Shown: positions 21,475 to 32,749 of the stretch, in pieces
Numbering within the stretch: the stretch's first letter is position 1
How the letters are laid out: each line of letters begins with the position of its first letter
Assembly: GCA_009602725.1 (NCBI GenBank)
Contig: WELB01000031.1
Location: 522,244-555,259, forward strand
Direction: 5' to 3'
Source: Spirogloea muscicola
Lineage: Eukaryota
Length of the DNA stretch: 33,016 nucleotides
Translations under genes and position numbers: made by a program
The notes under the pieces: generated by a model
What the model was told of the DNA's origin: nothing
Databases searched by the model: none
What the model saw: the letters and a program-made list of their open reading frames with translations, nothing else

Positions 21475-22653
21475 TGCCACTGGCCGTCTTCCGGCGGCTA
21501 CCCGAACCTTGTCGGGAAGAAGAGACACTTCCCCGAGAAGGCGAGCGTCTCTGAATGACTCGTCACGGAAGGACGGCTGGGGTTCTATGACCTGCTTGTG
21601 GACAACAGTAATGGTCAGACACAATCAATTGGCTTCGAAGTAGCTAATGAAAGGTCAGAGGCACTGATGAAGAGCAAGTTGGCATATCTGCAAGCCACCG
21701 GTAATTTACAGCGTCCCTGTCACAGAGGAATGCACAGGATGCAAGCCTCTCTCTTTCAATATTAGGGTTCTGGACATCTCACAAAAGGTATGAAGCATCA
21801 GGGTGTACAAGCTTCGCACTGAAAATTTTGAGTGCTGCTGACCTCTATTGTTGCTGCATGAGTGGCTATCAGAACCTCGCTGCGTCCATCGCCGTTGAGA
21901 TCGGCCACGATGGGCGCCGGTAGACGCTCGGAATGTGTGATTGGGGTTGCCCCATCGTTGGGGTGGTACCAGGCCTCCCGGAAGGAGAAGGTCCCCTCGT
22001 GCTGTCATTACCACAGCCCTTTTGATTGACTTGACGAAGCAACGCTTCAAATGTGGAGGACCCTCCTACTGCATCTGTCCCTGCATTTGATTTTACTGAT
22101 TGCAAATTGCTGTGTCAATCTAACATCAATTGACGTATTAATCATGCACCTGTAGCGAGAAGAAGACGGCAAAGACGGCCAGCAGAAGTATTGCCAAGTC
22201 GCGCTTCCTCATCGTGCACCCTGGGCTGAGGAAACCTCAGCCCCTGGGGGCCAGGCCCCGCTCAAGCCCTCCAAGCAGTCCTGCGGACGTCCTCAGCTCC
22301 CAGCAAAGGCCGCGACAATGGTCGCTGCCCACGCCAGCTCCAGCCTTGGACGAGGCCTCGTTGCAGGACGCCAGTGACTCCGGCTGCAAAGCAAGGACGC
22401 CAACACGTCGGTGGTCTCAGACGAAAGCGCCTAAGCGAGCTGCAGGAGCTTTGCGGCGTCAGTGTGGCGTCCACCACCATGCCGAGCGCCGCCGGCCGTG
22501 CCAGAGCTGCAGCCAGCATCAGAGGCTCCTGACGCCGCCGGGCCACAATGAAGGCCTGACCAGTGGATCTTCGTTCAGGCGTTTGTGGACTTCCGCCGCG
22601 GCCGCCGCCGCCGCCGCCCGCGCCGCCGCCGCCGCCGCCCTCGCCGGCTGCAG

Positions 22654-23653
22654 GCTGGACGTCTACATCTACGACTACCTGTGCAAGCGCAACCTGACGC
22701 AGTCCGCCAAGGCCTTCGCCGCGGAGGGAAAGGTGTCGCCTGACCCCGTCGGTGAGCGCTCCGGCCGTGCTAGCCTCGCCACGCGACCCCCGCCGCGCCC
22801 CTGCGGCCTCTGCCAGCCTCTCCGGCAGCATTGCCACCCACGCCTTGCTCAGCGTCCCAGCTGGGCGGGCGCAGTGGCTACTCCCGATATCCCTCAGTCA
22901 CCGTCGTGGCTGTTGCGATAGAGCAATTGATGGCACTTTGTGTCAGTTGTTGATTTGTGCCCTTGTCCGGGACCAGCGCCATCCCGCTGTTCGGCTCACA
23001 GCACAGCGAGCTGCAGCAGTCTCGCTGGCCGTCTCGAGGGCGCTGCTGGCCATTGATGAGGCCCTAGCAGCTTCCCGAGCCGCCATTCAGGGCGGGCAGG
23101 GCCAGCCTCCTGCACACGGCCTGGTTCTGAGCCATCCGCTGAAGCATCGCCATTTTCTTTACCAATTGCCCAAAACCCCCGCAGCTATTGATGCGCCTGG
23201 CGGATTTCTGTTCGAGTGGTGGTCCGTGTTCTGGGACATCTTCATCGCCCGCACCAACGAGAAGCACTCGGAGGTTGCCGCCTCGTACATTGACGTAAGC
23301 GCCGCTCCTCCGGCTCGCTCCTCACACGGACAAGGCCGGCTTGTCCGTGACCTTCGCACAGCCCTTGTTGGCATGGCAGCATTGGCAATTCAGACGCCTG
23401 GCTCTGACTCTGACCTCAGGCAAATTCGGGTGCCTTCCGCTGGGCCCGAGGCCTGTCAGGGCGCAATGCCATGGCAGGGTCGTCGAGCGGCTCATAGTGC
23501 CAGGCATAGTTGCTCGGCCCAGCTCAACGCCACGGTGGCCGTGTGTCGGTGCTACAAGGCTCACATTTGAGCTGCGTCTTCTGAGAAGCTGCTCCTGGCT
23601 CCTCGGTATTTGCAGACGCAGCAGCTCAAGGCGCGGGAGGCGGCGCAGCACCT

Positions 23654-23723
<70 letters not shown>

Positions 23724-24067
23724 TCCCCACACCCGAGCCAGCAACAGCAGGTGGCGCAGCAGCACCAGCAGCAGGCCGCCTCGGCAGCGCAACAGCAGCA
23801 GGCGCAGGCCCAGCAGCAGCTGCAGCAGCAGCAGGCGGCACAGCAGCAGCAGCAGGCGGCGGTGCAGCAGCAGGCGGCGGTGCAGCAGCAGCAGGCGGCG
23901 CAGCAGCAGCAGCAGGCGGCACAGCAGCAGCAGCAGCAGCAGCAGCTACAGCAGCTGCAGCAGCCGCAGCAGTCGCAGCAGCCGCTGCAGCAGCAATCAA
24001 CAGCGGCGCGGCAGCAGCAGCAAGTGCAGCAGCAGCAGCAGCAGGCGGCGCAGCAGCAGCAGCAGGC

Positions 24068-24125
<58 letters not shown>

Positions 24126-26198
24126 GCGCAGCAGCAGCAGCAGCAGACGGCTGCGCAGCAGCAGCACCAGCAGCAGCAGGTGGTGCAGCAGGCGCAGCAG
24201 CAGCAGCAGCAGCAGCAAGCACAGCAGCAGCAGCAGCAGCAGCAAGTGGCACAGCAGCAGGCTGCTGCTGCACAACAGCAGCAGCAGCACCACCTCCAGC
24301 AGCATCAGCTCCAGCAGCAGCTGCAGCTGCAGCGGCTCGCGCTCCAGCGCCGAGACTCCACGGGCCAGATTGCGCAACTGGCAAACGGCAGCACGACCAA
24401 TGGGCCAATAGCGGACGAGCTTATGCTACGACAGGGTGCAATGTCAGCAATGACAGCAAATTATGCAGCCAAGATATACGAGGAAAGGCTCAAGTCAGGC
24501 CAGGCATCTGCACGAGCCAGTTCCGAAGGTGTCGCAGGCCTGGAAGAGGCCGCCATGAAGGTACGATTCCATGGCTGCAATGCTTGCTGATTGACCAGGT
24601 GCTTTGGCTAGTGATGCAAGGGCTTTCAGGTCGAGACGAGGTGTGTTGTCAGTAATTGTTGCCGCTCGGTTGCACTGCCATGTGCAATGCCAGTTCGTAC
24701 AGCCAGGATGATGTTGTCAAGTGCACTATCAAGCTGAGGCAGCTGAGAATGCTTGTGCCTTTTGTTTCATTGCAGAGGTATGCCGTGGCCGTCGCAGATT
24801 GTTAACCTACATTCTCTTCAAACTGCACCATGTCACTTTTCTGCGATCTAATATGATCAGGCCTCTGCATATGCTGATGCCAGAAGAGGGCTTCCAGTCA
24901 CGGCCACCAAGTCTAGCTTTGCCAAGAGCTAGACTTGGGAAGAGTTACAGTAGCTGCAAGAGGTAACCAAGGCGTGCTGATGCGCCTGTGGCTTCTCAAG
25001 TTTTCTTCATCTCTGCGCTTTGGCTTGGCTGCAGGCAACTCCTTGCAAATTCGAACAGCAGCATGGCTGTGGCCCTGAGGCAAGCCCAACTGCAGAATCC
25101 GCAGTTGCTTAGCCAGGTGAGCAGCTTTGCAAAGTCCCAGTCATGAGGTACATGGCATCCCATGCCGCGCAGAGAGCACACACGAGAATGGCAGGTTGTA
25201 AAGTTGTCTCCCTCAGGCACACGAGTAGTCCAACAAGTATATTGCTCCAGAACATGCAGTGCTGAGGTTCCTAGTCTTGCAAGATGTGGAGCATCAGCAG
25301 CTTCTTGGCCAATAGACGTCGTTGCTCAATTTGCCGCAAATATTGTGTGCTTGCATCTGCAAGAAGAAGGAGCTGAGCTGATATAGGGTGGTCAGTATGT
25401 GACAGTTGGAGATGATATAGACATTCCCATATTTTGCCCGGTTTTGCTGCTGCATGCAGGACAACAAAGGGGATGTGGTCCTAGGAGTCCAGCGGCCGAC
25501 GAGTTCGCAGGATTCCTCGCTCTTCAACATGGTGGCACAAAATAGCCCTCGGGTGGGCTCTGGTGAGCAAGCTTGGAACTTTGCCACTCTTCAATCATTC
25601 TGCTCGCAGGCAGCAGTATGTGGAGGCACATCTTCTTCACACTGCAGCTTCCTGACTCGAGCAATACTGCCCTGTATTGCTTCAGGGTTGAGCCCCACAG
25701 CAAGTGCGCAGCAGCTGCAACAACTGAAGCAGGGTGCTCCCTGGTCTCATGTGGTCAGTAAGCAGTCCTCGCAGTGACGAGTCTTAGGATGGATGGAGTA
25801 TAAGTAAGTTGCAGCTTGAATTTAGTTGCTTGATTTTGTAATCTGCTCTCAGTATTCTCTGTGTCATCAAGTCAGTCAGGAGAGAAGCTTCTTTGTGAGG
25901 CTCCCTCTGGGACCTCACAAGCTTGTCACTGTATAATCAGGCAGAATGGGTGTCCATGCTGTGCATTCAGAGCATCCTTGTTTTCGGGGCTTGGTAATGG
26001 ATACAGATTCATGCACAGGCAAGACCGGAGCAAGGTTGTGCCTTCAGTTTGTCGATTGCACATGGTAATTCTGTTACCTTCTAGTGTTGATTGACTCTCC
26101 TCTGAGACGTGGCAGGATCCCAGGTCCTTCACAAACCCGTCACATCAGCAATTTCAGATGCTGAGCTCCATTCAACAGCAGCGGATCCTCTACCAGGT

Positions 26199-26242
<44 letters not shown>

Positions 26243-26891
26243 CAGCCAGCGGCAGCACCGGGGGAGTGGTCGGTGGGGCCTCCAGTGGGCTCCAGGTATC
26301 CGGCGCCGCAATGTTCAACGACCTGGATCAGCGGAGGATTCGGCAGCTCCTGGCAGCAACCTCTGCTAAGAACCCCGGTGCCGCCCCCTCCACCTCCAAG
26401 GATGCATCCTCGGATGGTGGTGTGAGTGGTAGCGTCAGCCTGCAGGCGGCCACTTCGGCATTGCAACGGACCGAATCTCAAAATCAGGACATCCTCTACA
26501 AGGTACTCATCTATCCTACTCAGCATAGCCACTACGGTAACTCATGTATCAGGACACGTCGCGGACAGATCAAGACATGCTTGATACCTGTGCTTGACGC
26601 CCATCAAACTTTTCCCCTGCAGCTGCGGAACCAGCAGCTGACCAACCAGTCCATGCTTCCTGCAACCTCCAATTCCCAGCAAAGCCAGCAGCAGCAGCTG
26701 CACCAGCAGCAGCAGGCACAGGCACAGGCCCAGCAGCATCATCATCATCAGCAGCAGCAGGCGCAGCAGCAGCAGCAGCAGGCGCAGCAGGCGCAGCAGC
26801 AGCAGCAGCAGGCGCAGCAGGCGCAGCAGCAGCATCAGCAGCAGCAGCAGCAGCAGCAGGCACAGCAGCAGCAGCAGGCAGCGCCGGTGCT

Positions 26892-26926
<35 letters not shown>

Positions 26927-29900
26927 CACAGCAGCAGCAGCAGCAGCAGCCGCAGCCATTGCAGCAGCAGCAGCAACATCCAGGTGCAGGGGCCTCTCAG
27001 CAGCAAGGGCCAGGGGTCGCAGGCAAGGGCGGAGGTGCCAGCAGGCAAAGCGGGGCAGGTGCAGGCGGCACAGGGGCAGCATTACAGCAGCAAGCTGGCG
27101 GTGGCAGCCAGTCTTCGCTGGCCGGCCCCTTACCGGGCAACGATGTGACGTCCGCTTCAAGGGGTCCTGAGCAAGTGTATGGTGGGATGGTGGAGCCGAG
27201 CCCGAGTGCCAACAGTGCCGGCACAGGAAAGGTGCGTGTCAGTCAAGCTCCTAAGCTTTGGAACCGGAGGCAATCAGGTCCTCTGCAATCTACCTCGGCT
27301 TCAAGATTTAAATTTAGGATTTGGGGTTTAGAAGTTCGGGTTTAGGGTAGGGTTTAGGGAGTTAGGGGTTTGGGGTTTAGTGAGTACACAGTACACAGTA
27401 CACAGTACACAGTACACAGTACACAGTACACAGTACACAGTACACAGTACACAGTACACAGTACACAGTACACAGTACACCGTACACAGTACACCGTACA
27501 CTGTACACAAATTAGCCACGCATTTGTGGTTTGTGTACGTTAATTGTGCAGGCGAGTGGCAAGGGAGGCAGGAAGCGCAAGGGTGGGCCGGCGACGTCGT
27601 CGGGCCCGGCCCACAGCACCGGCACGCAAAACACAACAGGCCCAGCTGCCACATCGCCAACCACGCCGACTACGCACAACAATGCCAACAACACCAGCAA
27701 TGCCGGGGGCACGAGCGGCGTTGGACCGACCACAGGAGGCGGCGGCAGCAGCGGAGGCCCCGCGGCCGTGGATGTCGTCAACCTGCCTGGCATGGCTGCT
27801 GCTCTGCACCACAGCAACAGCGTCAATAACAAGCACGGCAACATCCTGTTTGGCAGCAACGGAGGTGGTGCCGGAGGGGACACTCTCAGTTCGCCTGTCA
27901 ATCAGCTGGTAAAGCCACCTGCGGGCCTGGAAGCCTCCTGTATCTCCGAGTTATCCATCAATGTCCTCCTGTAAAGTCCAGCAACTTCTTGCGGCAGCGC
28001 ACTAATGTTTCGCAACTCGTGTGTTTGAAAGGGCGACTTGGAGAGGTTTGCAGACGACGGATCCCTTGATGACAATGTGGAGTCGTTCCTTTCTGCGGAG
28101 GAAGCTGATACGCGAGAAGCTCTGTTTGGGAGCACAAAGCGCAACTCCACCGGCCACAGTGCTGAAGTCAAAGGTGACTTGAGCTGTACAATAAAGGATG
28201 TATTGATCATGCAGTCTGCAGCATGCCCGTAGTGGAGCTCTCAAGGTTTTCTACTATCTGTGCACCATGTACTAGTACCAACAGTATTAGACCATCAAAG
28301 AGCTCCCTCATTGGTTGAGTTTGAGGGCAAGTAGCTTATCTATATAGTTTGCATCTCGCAGGGTTCACGTTCAATGAGGTCTGCAAGTTGCGTGCGAGCA
28401 CGAACAAGGTTGTGTGTTGTCATTTCTCCTCTGATGGGAAAGTGCTCGCCACGGCAGGGCATGACAAAACGGTAAGGAAAGTGGACCTCCTTCTGAGGCG
28501 ATCTTCGGACTATGCAAGTGCTGAAGGCCTTGTCACGAGCCGATGCAGCTCGTGCGGCCCTTATATATCACTTTGCAGTGCTAAAAAGGGTGCCGTCGAA
28601 TGACCACTATGCATGATCAAACCGACTTCCCTCATGCCAGTGTGGCATCATGGTTACCCTTCTTCGGCGTCATGTTTGGTCTTGTGAGGGAATTTATCAT
28701 GCTGCAGATGTTGACCTGATGAGCTCGGCGCCCCTTAAGTTGGTCAGTAATGACTATGTGTCCTTTGCTTGCAGGCTGTTCTGTGGAACATGGACACGTT
28801 TCAAAAGAGAAGCACGCTGGAGGAGCACTCGCTGCTCATCACAGATGTTCGGTTCAGCCCCAGCAGCACTCGTCTTGCAACGTCCTCCTTCGACAAGATT
28901 GTTCGAGTCTGGGACAGTGACAATGTAAGTACCTAGTTATCCAAGAAATGCATGCATGTGCTACACTCCTACAAGGGTGGTATGTCATTGATGTCCTTGG
29001 AAGAGGATAGTAACCAATAAGTCTGCAGCAGCTTGGATCCTGTGCTGCATATCCAATTGGCCTCCTTGTCATTGTATACAATGTTGTCAACCTCCTGCCA
29101 TTCTAGATCTTTTCAACTTTACGTCCCGTGGACCGATGGCTTTGCGTGGCCCCACTTGGCTATTACTTGACGTGGCAGCCATATGTGTGACTGTTTGTGT
29201 TCCAGCCAACTTTCTCTATGAGAGTCTTCTCTGGGCACCAGACGAGCGTCATGAGCTTGGACTTCCATCCCAATAACGAGGACCTTCTCTGTTCCTGTGA
29301 TGGGGACTCTGAGATCCGGTACTGGTCAGTCAATGGAGGCCACTGCACACGCGTCTTCAAGGTGCAACTTCCTTTCCGGGGCTCCTCTCCGTGTTTGTTA
29401 CCTCTGTCACCACTCAATTACTGTGGGATCTTCTTTGAATGCACGCACCCATTCCTTTGAGTGTGAATCAGACCACAACGAAAAAATCAGAGTTTGACTC
29501 TTGACATACAGTAGGACTGAGATTTCCTGCCACTTTCAGGGAGCCATGAGCCAAATGCGATTCCAACCACGAGCAGGACGATTACTAGCTGCTGCGGCAG
29601 ACAATGTGGTCTCCATCTTTGACGTCGAGTCAGAGACACTCGTGCACGCTCTACAGGTACCCGTCTGGCAGTACATGCTGGTCTGTCCATGCAAAGGTTC
29701 CAGTTCATGGTCAAGAAAGCTGATTGGTCGTAGATGATTACAACATGTTGTGGAGTCGTGTTAAAGAGTCAACTGGCTGCCTACTGCTTTGAGCGTCAAT
29801 GTAGGAGTACTTGTTGGAGTGATGGGCTGCTGTGGTCCTACTTCATGTGTTCATCTCCTTGACTTTGTCAAAGAAGTTCCCCAGCAGATAGAGGGTCGCC

Positions 29901-30534
29901 CCCTGCTTTCACCTATAGTGTCGGCAGTGTGACACGATTGACAGCATGACATGAATAAGGGGTAGTATGTAGAGGCATGGCGCCCCTGCACTAGCTGGGG
30001 TTCTCTCACACGTAGCCTCACAGTGGATCTAACAAGCGTAACGTGCGGAACTTGCTGCAGCGGCACACAAAGCCAGTGCACAGCGTGTGCTGGGATGCTG
30101 CGGGGGACTTCGTGGCTTCTGTCAGTGAAGACAGTGTGCGTGTTTGGGCACTGGGGCGCGGACAAGAGGGGGAGTGCGTCCACGAGCTCATCAGCTCGGG
30201 AAATAAATTCCACTCCTGCATCTTTCACCCCAAGCACCCCTCCCTCCTCGTCATCGGCTGCTACCAGGTGAGGAGCTCTGCAGACATAACAGACCTTCAT
30301 ACATGCGGGCATGGGTTGCAGATCCTTGCAGGGAGGTTGTGCAGAGCTCTCAATTTAGCTGTGTCCCTTGTGGGTCTTCTCTTACCGCAGTCTTTGGAGC
30401 TCTGGAACATGGTGGAGAACAAGAGCATGACGATGGCGGCCCATGACGGGCTCATAGCGGCGCTCGCGGTGTCCCCAAGCACCGGTATGATTGCTTCCGC
30501 GTCCCACGACAAGTCTGTGAAGCTTTGGAAGTAG
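22654..30534 (+). CDS. LUG: LEUNIG-like Groucho/Tup1-type transcriptional corepressor (LisH/LUFS, polyQ, WD40); 5' end not resolved
   Basis: Exons: 22654-22751 ([22 protein letters not shown]), 23185-23294 ([36 protein letters not shown]), 23616-24560 (poly[11 protein letters not shown]), one unresolved exon near 24770-24962, ~25036-25117, 25460-25562, 25686-25753, 26116-26501, 26623-27231, 27552-27908 ([15 protein letters not shown]), 28032-28173 ([13 protein letters not shown]), WD40 exons 28362-28471, 28775-28924, 29206-29361, 29540-29656, 30061-30267, 30391-30534 (ends [13 protein letters not shown]). Confidence 0.95.
23658..24332 (+). repeat. Coding CAG-rich polyglutamine region 1 of LUG
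   Basis: 21 uninterrupted CAG at 23658-23720, then ~200 codons dominated by CAG with GCG/GCA interruptions. Confidence 0.95.
26685..26976 (+). repeat. Coding CAG-rich polyglutamine region 2 of LUG (shorter run also at ~26200-26241)
   Basis: About 95 codons, mostly CAG, in frame with ORF 26158..27345. Confidence 0.95.
27313..27383 (+). repeat. Degenerate interstitial telomere-like (TTTAGGG)n tract in a LUG intron
   Basis: tttagga tttgggg tttagaa gttcggg tttaggg taggg tttaggg agttagggg tttgggg tttagtg: about 10 units, two of them perfect TTTAGGG. Confidence 0.8.
27384..27509 (+). repeat. (GTACACA)n heptamer tandem array, ~18 copies, intronic
   Basis: 13 perfect gtacaca units followed by gtacacc/gtacaca/gtacacc/gtacact/gtacaca. 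Confidence 0.97.
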
Positions 30535-31437
30535 CCGAGCGCCGAGGCACCCTCGTCCCGAGGAGCGGCAAGCTGATCCTTGTACCCACGCTCACCTAAT
30601 CAGGTGGTAACCAGCGCTGCTTGAGCCGAGCAGCTTGTTCAAATCTTGCACAGTCATTCTGCGCGCCCAGCAAGCGCGCAGAGTTGGAACAAGTCCGAGA
30701 TTTGCCTTATACTTATTACATTATTCAGGCATGGTTAAGGCCGATAGCCCTCATTCCGTAAGCCAGTGCCCGCCTCGACTCAACCATCCACAACCTTGTT
30801 ACAATTACCCCTCGTTCTCCTCTCCCCCCTTCCCCTCTCCCTATCCCCCGCATGGGTTGGTGATTATGCTGCAGTGCCACTGCAAGTGAGATTCGTCAAT
30901 AGTGTTCCGGCAATTACGTGCAGATTTCAGAACTTGAAGAAGTTCATTACTCTGTCTTCGACTGCCAGGCTTATCTTCTCCTCCCACTTCACCAGCTTTC
31001 TTACTTGCACTCAGCATCATCATAGGGTGTCCACTACTAGCGACGCCTGACTGACCGCCATTGTGCGGTGTACACATTTTGCAATTGCTGACTCGGAACC
31101 TTGAAGCATGTTCAAATTTAGCTGTCCCCTTGGCTGTGCCACTGCAGCTGCTTTCACATGGTAGTTTAGCAACCTGCGGACAGGGTGAGTGGTTGCTGTA
31201 TCACTGATGGCTGAGCACTGATGGCTGAGCAAGTCGACAACCTTAAGCAAAGCATTGTCGAACCGTGCACGTTGTCTTTATTGCGATTGAGGGAGTGGAT
31301 CATGGTGACTTGTCTCCCGAGTAAGACAAGCTGTTGATATGAGAGTGCACCGCTGATTGAAATGGCTGGTGCTTGGGTGAACATGTAAGCCCCACGAAGA
31401 ACAACTCAGTGCCGATGCTCGGCTCCTGTGGTGGGCT

Positions 31438-32483
31438 CTAACTGTGGTGGCCGATGCCTGGCGGATGGTGGCCGCCAGTGGTGGCGTGGTGACCAATGCC
31501 GGGCGAGTGGTGGCCAGTGCCAGGCAACTGGTGGCCGCTGACGATGTCATGGCCGACGCCAGGCGGATGGTGGCCGCCAGCGGCAGCACGATGGTGACCG
31601 ACGCCGGCCGGGTGGTGGCCCCGCTTTCTTGAGAGAGCTGCGACAAGCCCGCAGGCGCCAGCAATGGCCAGGGAGCGTAGCAACAGATGTCAGCTCGAGG
31701 CACAATGCTTGCAGGAATGCATACATATACATATCCTGCATGGCGTCATGGTACGCGTGTTGGTGGCACTCGTGGCCGCTGTTGTGAGAGAGCGCAAGCG
31801 GCTGCCAATGCAAAGCGGCTGCCTTGCAGTACCGGCGGCGGGGCAGGCGGCGTCGCCGGGGAGGCTGAGCGCAGCGGGGTCGGCCGCCGGCCCGCACATC
31901 GCATACAGCGGCCGCGCTGTCACAGTGTTGATGTTGATCTCTGACGCCTGCAGCATCCGGCAGTGCCAGACCCCCCCGGCCGTGGATTGATTATTCTAAC
32001 CAGGTTCCACTACAAGCTGCAGAGGGAAGCTGAGATTGGAAGACCACTGCTTCCCTCACTGATGCTACCACGAGAGATAATCACCGCTTGGATCCAGTCA
32101 TCCGTCCCTCTGCCGAGAACTTCCAGCTGTGATGCAATGTGAGCTAGCGGCAGACGGGCAGGGGAGAAGTGGCGCACGAGGCCGAGGACGGCTGCGTCGC
32201 AAAAGCAGGCGTCGTCGGCGAAGCGGGCGAGGACGGAGCAGCAGCCGGCGTCCGGCGGGAGCTCCGGGAGGAACGCGAGGTTGAGGCAGGCGATGAGCGT
32301 GAAGAGCGGCAGCGGGCACGGCGACGCCGCCGCGGCCTGGGGCAAGACCGCTACGGAGCCCAGCAGCAGGCCCGCCAGCGCCGCGGCGGCCTTGGTGGGG
32401 CTGCGACGGGCGAGGCGCCCACAAGGCCTGTTGGCGGCGGAGCCTCTCCGGAGGCCCCGCGGCGGCGGCTGCGAGGAGCCCAT
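31438..32483 (-). CDS. Eight-cysteine-motif (nsLTP/prolamin-fold-like) protein with N-terminal signal/anchor and C-terminal Gly-His-His repeats, ~206 aa, 3 exons
   Basis: Exons 32483-32178, 31947-31833, 31637-31438 (GT-AG, phases 0 and 1 consistent). Hydrophobic segment AAAALAGLLLGSVAVLPQAAAA, then C-X9-C-X14-CC-X10-CFC-X24-C-X16-C, then ALSRKRGHHPAGVGHHRAAAGGHHPPGVGHDIVSGHQLPGTGHHSPGIGHHATTGGHHPPGIGHHS*. Confidence 0.78.
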
Positions 32484-32749
32484 CTCGTCAGCTGCTTCCG
32501 GGTCGCCGCCGCTCGCCGTGCCGGCGCAAGCCGGCGGCCATGGCACGGCGGCAGCAGCGGCGGCGGCGTCCACTGCACTGGACGCCCAGAAGGCGGGGCA
32601 ATGGCGGCGAGCTTCGTGTGTTCTGGGTGTCACAGAGCGCCACTGGGAAGGTGGGGGGGGCTGTGGCGGCGCCGAGTAGGCCCACAGCACCAAGCGGGCG
32701 AGAGTAAGGCTCGGAGTGGTAGATGGTGGAATGGCAAGAGTGAGCACTT

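Noticed and set aside
21763..21769. Telo-box (TAGGGTT) in the DUF220/LUG promoter
   Set aside because: Only a 7-nt partial match (TAGGGTTC, not TAGGGTTT); expected by chance.
23322..27160. Long poly-Leu, poly-Ala and poly-Ser ORFs on other frames and the minus strand
   Set aside because: They are shadow translations of the CAG repeats of LUG.
27328..27829. ORFs with VYCVLCT / STQYTVH peptide repeats
   Set aside because: They are translations of the intronic GTACACA array, which lies between good splice sites (27231/27552).
32010..32747. Single-exon 245-aa protein as given by the ORF track
   Set aside because: It starts at a non-ATG codon and has only six of the eight motif cysteines; the spliced model from ATG 32483 completes the motif.
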